A stretch of DNA of 64,000 nucleotides from a virus (lineage: Duplodnaviria; Caudoviricetes), in IMG/VR virus record IMGVR_UViG_2890906962_000004, positions 28,175 through 92,174 of that record; one strand, given 5' to 3'. This document shows positions 57,880-64,000 of this stretch, piece after piece (the stretch's first letter is position 1; every line of letters begins with the position of its first letter). The translations under genes were made by a program, and so were the position numbers. The notes below the pieces were generated by a model. The model ran no database searches. It had not been told where the DNA came from and saw nothing but the letters and a program-made list of their open reading frames with translations.

Positions 57880-58164
57880 ATGCGTAAACTCATTAAACAA
57901 GCACTCAGCCGCCTAATAGGGCGCAACAAGCACAAAACTGTCGAATCAGAGCTATCCAGACGCATCAATATGCTGGTGGCCGACAAGCAGACACCTACCA
58001 CGACCGTTGATACGAACCAGGAGCCGGCAGTCGAAACAGCCCCGGAGCCTGTCGTTTATGAGCTTCCTGTAGTCCCCGTGATCAAACGCAAATCTAAGAC
58101 ACGCGCGACCGCAAAAAGCATCCGTAAATCACGTAAACGTATCACTCGTAAAGGTAAGAAGTAA
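57880..58164 (+). CDS. hypothetical basic protein
   Basis: 94 aa, Lys/Arg-rich C-terminus, coupled to the next gene. Confidence 0.6.
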   Translation: MRKLIKQALSRLIGRNKHKTVESELSRRINMLVADKQTPTTTVDTNQEPAVETAPEPVVYELPVVPVIKRKSKTRATAKSIRKSRKRITRKGKK

Positions 58165-58805
58165 TGGAACAGCTAAGAGCAGGTAAAGCACTACCTAAAG
58201 CCAAAGCAAAGAAAGTCTATGACACACAAGACGATGCCGTTATTTCTCGCTACTTAGGCGTAAAGGACGTTAAAGAGTGGATAAGCTGCCACAAAGAGCT
58301 TATCGACCTACTTTTAAACTCTGGTCACACAATCGACATTGACGATTCAGACGAAGAATACAACCGCGTATCAGTAGGCAAACACGGCCTTACTCTTTCT
58401 GGTAAAGGGGAATCCCTCAGAGAAGCACTGGTACACGCCACTGTTAGTTTCGTCACCTTCATGCAATACACCGGACAATCCAAAACTGAACAGCCTCAAC
58501 GCGCTCGATCAGCCATGCCATTTCATACTGCATTAAGTTGGATGATCGAAGGAAGAACTGTACGCCGTCAAGTATGGGCTAAGGAACAGTCCGTAAAGCT
58601 TGAAGCAGGATTCCTACCTAAAGACAGTGAAATCCTTTATGGCCGTGTTCTAGGCGTACCCGTTGAATATTATCAAGAGGGTGTAGAGGGTGAAGAACTC
58701 AGACCGTTACAGGATCCAAAATTCATTATGACGTTTGCTACCAACACAAGTGATTGGAGCCCGTCAACCATTGCAGTATTAGCGAGTGATTGGGAGCTGG
58801 TTTAG
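58164..58805 (+). CDS. fusion protein with a C-terminal DUF2829/Tad2-like domain
   Basis: MPFHTALSWMIEGRTVRRQVW ... WSPSTIAVLASDWELV. Confidence 0.7.
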   Translation: MEQLRAGKALPKAKAKKVYDTQDDAVISRYLGVKDVKEWISCHKELIDLLLNSGHTIDIDDSDEEYNRVSVGKHGLTLSGKGESLREALVHATVSFVTFMQYTGQSKTEQPQRARSAMPFHTALSWMIEGRTVRRQVWAKEQSVKLEAGFLPKDSEILYGRVLGVPVEYYQEGVEGEELRPLQDPKFIMTFATNTSDWSPSTIAVLASDWELV

Positions 58806-59011
58806 TGTCAAAGCGGCTACTTATTGATGCAGCACTACTCTTAGCAGGATTTAGCCTTATGGGCGCGTCTGTTTACCTATTCGAAATAACGCTATCAATA
58901 TCTGGTGCCTTCCTCACGGGGGCACTATTCACGGCTGGTTTCTTCATGGCCGGTATCACAGCATTATCACTTCAATTAAAGAGCACTATCAATGAGAGTA
59001 ACCGCATTTAA
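58790..59011 (+). CDS. small two-TM membrane protein
   Basis: Hydrophobic; within the operon; start uncertain. Confidence 0.5.
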   Translation: MGAGLVSKRLLIDAALLLAGFSLMGASVYLFEITLSISGAFLTGALFTAGFFMAGITALSLQLKSTINESNRI

Positions 59012-59372
59012 CTGGATTTCAGCACTATACGTTTTCCCGTTAGCGCTTGATTGCTACACACTCAACCCTGTATGGACCAATATTTCACGCGTTCAGTTAT
59101 GGTTAGCCATTGCATACGGCGCTTTATCAGTGATCGCATACGTGGCATACGCCATGGCGACCAAGAAAAAAGACGGCGTGATCATGCTTACAGGTAAAGC
59201 AATCTACTATTACGCTGGCCCATACGCTCAGTTGGTCCGACTAAGCCTATTCTGGCGCATTGTATTCATCACTTTGATGACGTGCGTGTGTATCAATCAC
59301 CTTTGGAATTACTCGCTGGTGGCGTTCTTGGTGTTATCCCTGTGGAAGTGCTGGCCGCGCGTTGACGACTAG
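58992..59372 (+). CDS. hypothetical membrane protein
   Basis: Several TM segments; within the operon. Confidence 0.55.
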   Translation: MRVTAFNWISALYVFPLALDCYTLNPVWTNISRVQLWLAIAYGALSVIAYVAYAMATKKKDGVIMLTGKAIYYYAGPYAQLVRLSLFWRIVFITLMTCVCINHLWNYSLVAFLVLSLWKCWPRVDD

Positions 59373-59401
59373 CCCAAGACGGCATAAGAAATCATCTCAA
59401 C

Positions 59402-59430
59402 AAGCCTTGCTCACTGCAGGGCTTTTTTTT
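59402..59430 (+). terminator. intrinsic terminator
   Basis: AAGCCTTGC-TCACT-GCAGGGCTT followed by a T-run. Confidence 0.75.
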
Positions 59431-59529
59431 AACCATTTTTCTGGTTAAGTGTATGTAAGTTATACCTTTGCTCTTATTCAAAAAATCACCATTCTTATAA
59501 TTCCCTTACTATTATTGTGAGGATAAGAA

Positions 59530-59949
59530 ATGCGAAAAGTGTGTAGCTTAGAAATGGCACAGCTAATGATTGAGCAAAAGGAACCCTTAACCATCAATGA
59601 GATAATTTCGCTGGTGGTAAAACGATACCCGAACATCATAGTAGACCGCAGCCAGATAAGTAGCATGGTCCGTAATTTCGTATCTTCACGCTTTTGTACC
59701 TGCATTGCCGTTAAAGACGTTTACCCCCACAAATACCGCCTATTATCGCTTGATGGCTATACCTTCAAGATCCGCAATGACGAAGGCTTAGTGCGCGACA
59801 GTTTCCCCTTATACGTCAAAGCCGGTTCCCCACGCATCGCGCGTGAATATGCCGATAAGGTCGAGAAAGAACGCAAGGTAATGGCCTCTCAAGCGTTCCT
59901 GATTATGGGCCGTGCAAATAATTATGGCTCACACGCTCGTTACGCATAA
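59530..59949 (+). CDS. lpa: late promoter activator (Lpa-like)
   Basis: Immediately upstream of pacA; N-terminal wHTH-like region MI..K..L...E....V.K.YP...VD similar to recalled P1 Lpa. Confidence 0.72.
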   Translation: MRKVCSLEMAQLMIEQKEPLTINEIISLVVKRYPNIIVDRSQISSMVRNFVSSRFCTCIAVKDVYPHKYRLLSLDGYTFKIRNDEGLVRDSFPLYVKAGSPRIAREYADKVEKERKVMASQAFLIMGRANNYGSHARYA

Positions 59950-59958
59950 CCCATCCTC

Positions 59959-59981
59959 GCAAATAGCGAACCTCTTATAGT
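59959..59981 (+). promoter_or_regulatory. putative late promoter of pacAB
   Basis: GCAAATAGCGAACC-N3-TATAGT. Confidence 0.7.
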
Positions 59982-60014
59982 GCGCGCTTATTATCGACAT
60001 TCAGAGCGCACCAC

Positions 60015-61328
60015 ATGGCAAAGGTAGATTGGGACTTACATCGTGAACAATACGCACAGTTACGCGCTGAGAAGGGCATAACTGCGCGTGAGTACGCAGA
60101 GTACCATGGCCTTAACCCTAATACGGCGCGCCGCGAATTAAAGAAAGCTGTCCTCAACACTGAGGAAGGTAGCGCTGTTCGTGATCAGAATAGTGATCAA
60201 AACAGTGATCAAAACAGTGATCATAACGGTGATCAAAAGCGTAAAAAGGGCAAAAGTGATCACATTTCCGGTGACGCAACCGCCAAGGGGAAAGGGCGTA
60301 AGGCTAGTGGTGACAAGGGTTCTGGCGGTGTTGGCAACTCAAGCGGAAGCGAAAACACGCCGCTTTCAAAGTCGCGCAAGAAAGATAACGCCAAAACTAC
60401 AAATGCGAAAATGATCACAAATGGCGATGGCGAAGGAAAGGGCGAGCTAGTCCACGTCAAGAAGCCGCGCGGTGACGGTAGACGTTTGCCACCAGGGCAC
60501 GAGGTGAGCGTTAAGACAGCCGCACGGGCAAAGCCACGCCAACAAGACTATATCGCTGCAGATGAAATGATGGATGAAGGTATCGAGGCGCTTGCCTCTC
60601 GCGCCTTGCGTGAATCTATCGCCCACATGCACATGATACAACGCTCAGTATCACACGCAGTCGAGGTTCTGGACCAAGAGATAGAGGCTATCGAGCACCC
60701 GAACCCGGAAGATGAACCCGATCCATACGGTACCCACCCCACCATCAAAAAAGCTAAGCTACTGATGGATGTTGGCTACCTACACATAGCGCATAACAAC
60801 ATGCTTAGCGGCGTGATAACCAGTACAAACAAGGTCGATTTAGAGGACCGTAAAGTTACCCTGGCAGAAGCCAAAGCCGCTAACCTCGATATTTCCGCGA
60901 ATATCGTCAAACAGGCTATCGAATTTAGGGACAAACACGGCTGGTCGGACATTCAAACCGCCGAATACATTGAAACCTTTGGCGTTAAGGTGCCGGCTTC
61001 ACTTATGGCCCGTGCAGCGAAAGCCATTGCCGATATTGAGCCAGAAGTAGACGACACCGGCACCGTTGATGAAGCACAACTAGACGCTGAGGCGCGCGCC
61101 TACGCACTCTCGAAGATAGAGGCTGCAAACTTTGTCGAACAGCGCCGTAAAGAGGTAGCCGCCCTAACTGATACGCTTGGCCTTGGTGACCACGACAGTA
61201 CAGGTGAACGTAAAGCCGGTGAATTTGAGGAAGGGGAATCTGACCTTGATATAGACTATGAAGCCACCAGCGACCTATACGGCGAGGATATACCGCCAGC
61301 AATAGCCATAGAAGGCGATGACGAGTGA
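60015..61328 (+). CDS. pacA: terminase small subunit PacA
   Basis: EYAEYHGLNPNTARR HTH; AEYIETFGVKVP; contains the pac hexamers. Confidence 0.88.
   Translation: MAKVDWDLHREQYAQLRAEKGITAREYAEYHGLNPNTARRELKKAVLNTEEGSAVRDQNSDQNSDQNSDHNGDQKRKKGKSDHISGDATAKGKGRKASGDKGSGGVGNSSGSENTPLSKSRKKDNAKTTNAKMITNGDGEGKGELVHVKKPRGDGRRLPPGHEVSVKTAARAKPRQQDYIAADEMMDEGIEALASRALRESIAHMHMIQRSVSHAVEVLDQEIEAIEHPNPEDEPDPYGTHPTIKKAKLLMDVGYLHIAHNNMLSGVITSTNKVDLEDRKVTLAEAKAANLDISANIVKQAIEFRDKHGWSDIQTAEYIETFGVKVPASLMARAAKAIADIEPEVDDTGTVDEAQLDAEARAYALSKIEAANFVEQRRKEVAALTDTLGLGDHDSTGERKAGEFEEGESDLDIDYEATSDLYGEDIPPAIAIEGDDE
60182..60417 (+). repeat. pac site (TGATCA hexamers)
   Basis: TGATCA at 60182, 60194, 60206, 60218, 60230, 60257 and 60412, inside pacA as in P1. 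Confidence 0.82.
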
Positions 61329-62833
61329 GCGGCGCGCATAAGGTAAAATCCGTCACAACGGATCCCCGTTGGAGGGACCTTGTTAGGCAGTACCGCTACA
61401 ATTGGGCTGAGGCTATCGTTCTGCTGTTCGGTATGACGCCGACCTGGCAACAAGATGAAATCATTGACTCAGTACAAGAGACAGGAAGCCGTACAACGGT
61501 AACGTCTGGACACGGTACGGGTAAATCATCCCTTACGGCCATGATGCTACTTATCTACATGATCATGTTTCCTGATGCCCGTGTCGTTCTGGTAGCAAAC
61601 AAAATCGCCCAGGTGCGCACCGGTGTATTCAAGTACGTGAAAATGTTTTGGGGTAATGCGATTAAGCGCCACCCCTGGCTACAAAACTACTTTGTCCTCA
61701 CAGACACAATGTTCTATGAGAAGTCGCGTAAAGGGATATGGGAGGTTTTGTGTAAAGGCTATAGGCAAGGTAACGAGGAATCGCTTGCAGGTGAACACGC
61801 CGCGCATATCCTGCTAATTCTCGATGAAGCGTCCGGTATCTCTGATAAAGCCCAAAGTATTATGCGTGGTGCGCTGACAGAAGTAGATAACCGCATGTTA
61901 ATGCTCTCTCAGCCCACACGGCCAACCGGCTATTTCTACGAATCCCATCATAACCTGGCTAAGTCACCTGATAACCCACACGGGATCTGGACGGCTATCT
62001 GCTTAAACAGTGAAGAAGCGCCTCACGTTACTATGCAGTTCATCAAAGAAAAATTGATGGAGTACGGCGGTCGGGACTCCCTTGAGTACATGGTGAAGGT
62101 TTTAGGGCGCTTCCCTGACGTTATTAACGGCTTCCTGCTTGGCCGTGACGAGATAGATCGTGCAGCGCGCCGTAAAGTGTACTTAGAGCGTGAATGGGGA
62201 TGGATAGCCACCGCTGACGTGGGGAACGGTCGTGATAAGTCGGTCCTTAATATCTGTAAGGTGTCTGGCCGGCGTAATAAGCGGCGTGTCGTAAACCACA
62301 AAATGCTAGAAATGCCTGGCACGATGAAGCCAAAGGAGTTTGCGCACTTCATTGCTCAGGAATGTACCCAGGAGCGTTACCCGAATATCCGTATCGCGGT
62401 CGATAGTGACGGCATCGGTGCGGCCACTGCAGATGAACTTCAATCTATGGGGATCTCCGTTACCCGTATTAGATGGGGTAAACCGATGTTTGCGAAGGTC
62501 GATAAAGAGCGCTTTGTAAGCCAACGTGCGTTCGCTAACTTTGCGGTAAGGGATGCTATTCAATCTGGCCGTCTGCGTCCTGACAGCTCACAAGCAACAG
62601 CTGAGCAGGGTTCTAAGATACCTTTTGTGATGAATGAGTCCGGCCAGCTCTGCATGATTAAGAAAGAAGTCATGCGTAATAAGATGAATATCAAGTCCCC
62701 GGATAGGTGGGACACCTATTGCTTTATGTGGCTGGTGGATTATGTACCGGCATCGGAAGCGATGGGCGAAGATGTTGAGGACCTACGGAATAAGGCGGCT
62801 GAGGTGCTAGAAGTAGAGGGCTTAGAGATTTAA
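61325..62833 (+). CDS. pacB: terminase large subunit PacB
   Basis: SGHGTGKS Walker A, LILDEASG Walker B, ADVGNGRD and KSPDRWD nuclease motifs. Confidence 0.95.
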   Translation: MSGAHKVKSVTTDPRWRDLVRQYRYNWAEAIVLLFGMTPTWQQDEIIDSVQETGSRTTVTSGHGTGKSSLTAMMLLIYMIMFPDARVVLVANKIAQVRTGVFKYVKMFWGNAIKRHPWLQNYFVLTDTMFYEKSRKGIWEVLCKGYRQGNEESLAGEHAAHILLILDEASGISDKAQSIMRGALTEVDNRMLMLSQPTRPTGYFYESHHNLAKSPDNPHGIWTAICLNSEEAPHVTMQFIKEKLMEYGGRDSLEYMVKVLGRFPDVINGFLLGRDEIDRAARRKVYLEREWGWIATADVGNGRDKSVLNICKVSGRRNKRRVVNHKMLEMPGTMKPKEFAHFIAQECTQERYPNIRIAVDSDGIGAATADELQSMGISVTRIRWGKPMFAKVDKERFVSQRAFANFAVRDAIQSGRLRPDSSQATAEQGSKIPFVMNESGQLCMIKKEVMRNKMNIKSPDRWDTYCFMWLVDYVPASEAMGEDVEDLRNKAAEVLEVEGLEI

Positions 62834-62848
62834 GCCCTCAGAGTGACA

Positions 62849-63943
62849 TTAGTTCTTTTTAGGAAACAAGTCTTGATATAGGGGGATCCCCTCGTCAATG
62901 AGCTCCTGGCGGCGCTTGTTGACTGTTTTAGGGTAGTAGCCGGTCGCTAGTTCATCGTCATACAGGTAACGTGCGCGAATATCGACAATGCTTTTCAGGT
63001 CGAACTCTGCAGTATCACGTAAACGTTCAACGAGGATATAGTCTTGCTCAATGAGCCACTTACGGATCGGGCGTAGTGCGTTAGCGTTCGCAATATACGT
63101 ATTGTATTTCTCGGTACCACGATACTTGCGACGCGCTTCTTTCTCGCGCTTTTCCCAACCATTACGCATTGATACGTCATTACGTTGGACTAAGCGGTAG
63201 GCTTCACGGAATTGACGCTCAAATTCAACATCATCAACACGGTATAGCTCGCCTTGGTCCAGTACGGAACATGGCAGGGGTGCGATACGGTCATACACTG
63301 AACGCTGATCTGAACTCTGAACGTCACGGAAACTCACATCATCCTTTGTCATCGTTTCAGAGAAGAACAGCGCGCCGTGCGCACCAATCTGAGCGCGTTC
63401 CGGGGAAAGGTCTGCGCCTGGATTATGTAGGTACGTTAGCTCAGTAAAGCCCGTTGCACGTAAGCGGTATAAGGTGCCTTCCGGCTCGCCCAGGAAGAAA
63501 TCACGCTCTTGCTTTAGATAATCAATAAATTTGACTGCAGCGGTGACTTTAGAAAAGCGAGCGATCGTGGAATCGTAACGCGATAACAACGATTCACGAG
63601 GATGCACAAATGATGTGCTCGCGGGTCTGCGGATTATCTCAAGCTCTTTTTTTACCTTTACGATATATGGAACAGGTAAGTAAGTTTCTTTTAGTATTGT
63701 TGATTTACTTCCCTGTGCTTGCTTGTTAAAGACGTCTGCAAAGCGCTGCCAATCAGCGACGATTTGCTCTGCTTTTTCAAGCAACTTAGGGTCATTAATC
63801 AGGCCCACAAACCGGAAAGGAATACCTCTGGTGTCGGTGTCAGAGTAGATAAGAGCATCTTTAATAAGGGTTTCCCACTCAGCATGTACGTTGCGAAAGT
63901 CGCGGTACATTTCCTCGAATTTTTTATCAGTAAAGGTAGCCAT
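62849..63943 (-). CDS. putative C1-like primary repressor
   Basis: Convergent with pacB, the position of c1 in P1; sequence is divergent, so the call rests mainly on synteny. Confidence 0.5.
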   Translation of the reverse strand: MATFTDKKFEEMYRDFRNVHAEWETLIKDALIYSDTDTRGIPFRFVGLINDPKLLEKAEQIVADWQRFADVFNKQAQGSKSTILKETYLPVPYIVKVKKELEIIRRPASTSFVHPRESLLSRYDSTIARFSKVTAAVKFIDYLKQERDFFLGEPEGTLYRLRATGFTELTYLHNPGADLSPERAQIGAHGALFFSETMTKDDVSFRDVQSSDQRSVYDRIAPLPCSVLDQGELYRVDDVEFERQFREAYRLVQRNDVSMRNGWEKREKEARRKYRGTEKYNTYIANANALRPIRKWLIEQDYILVERLRDTAEFDLKSIVDIRARYLYDDELATGYYPKTVNKRRQELIDEGIPLYQDLFPKKN

Positions 63944-64000
63944 TTTACGCCTTTAGGCAAAAGAGAAAAAAATAACAATTACGTAAAGAATATATTATAA

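Larger units (their letters stand above)
1..64000. mobile_element. P1-like phage-plasmid (partial)
   Basis: P1-type gene content and local order (23-22-21-pmgG-bplB-pmgF; sit-pmgA-bplA-16-R-S-U; lydAB-hdf-darA-ddrA-ddrB; pro-prt/darB-ulx; lpa-pacA-pacB/c1), plus a plasmid replicon and partition genes; no integrase in the window. Confidence 0.95.

Noticed and set aside
9020-63447. Many short antisense or alternate-frame ORFs inside large structural genes
   Set aside because: Shadow ORFs expected from codon bias; no RBS or motif support

Overview
The window is a large part of a divergent P1-like (Punavirus-type) phage-plasmid from an enterobacterium. It holds the head genes (gp23 capsid, portal, protease, pacA/pacB with a pac site), a contractile tail, baseplate and fibre module with no cin invertase, and lysis genes (LydA/LydB, a lambda-R-type endolysin, spanins). 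It also holds the Dar antirestriction set (hdf, darA, ddrA, ddrB, darB, ulx), lpa, a putative c1, lytic repL, an iteron repA replicon inserted in the tail cluster, and two partition systems (ParA type Ib and ParM/ParR). Accessory genes are a GT8 glycosyltransferase with a WaaL-like O-antigen ligase, a LexA-controlled UmuD-like gene, a PvuRts1I/AbaSI-family endonuclease, an HTH-Fic moron and two Tad2-like proteins. The most striking sequence-level observations are: (i) a complete -1 frameshift signal at the end of the capsid gene that would append an Ala-rich helix also found on a tail-fibre-assembly paralogue; (ii) a non-P1 late-promoter motif in 11 copies, most paired with RBS-sequestering hairpins; (iii) two structured non-coding RNAs; (iv) a possible LPS outer-core conversion cassette. 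Family assignments come from recalled motifs and P1 synteny; no database searches were run.
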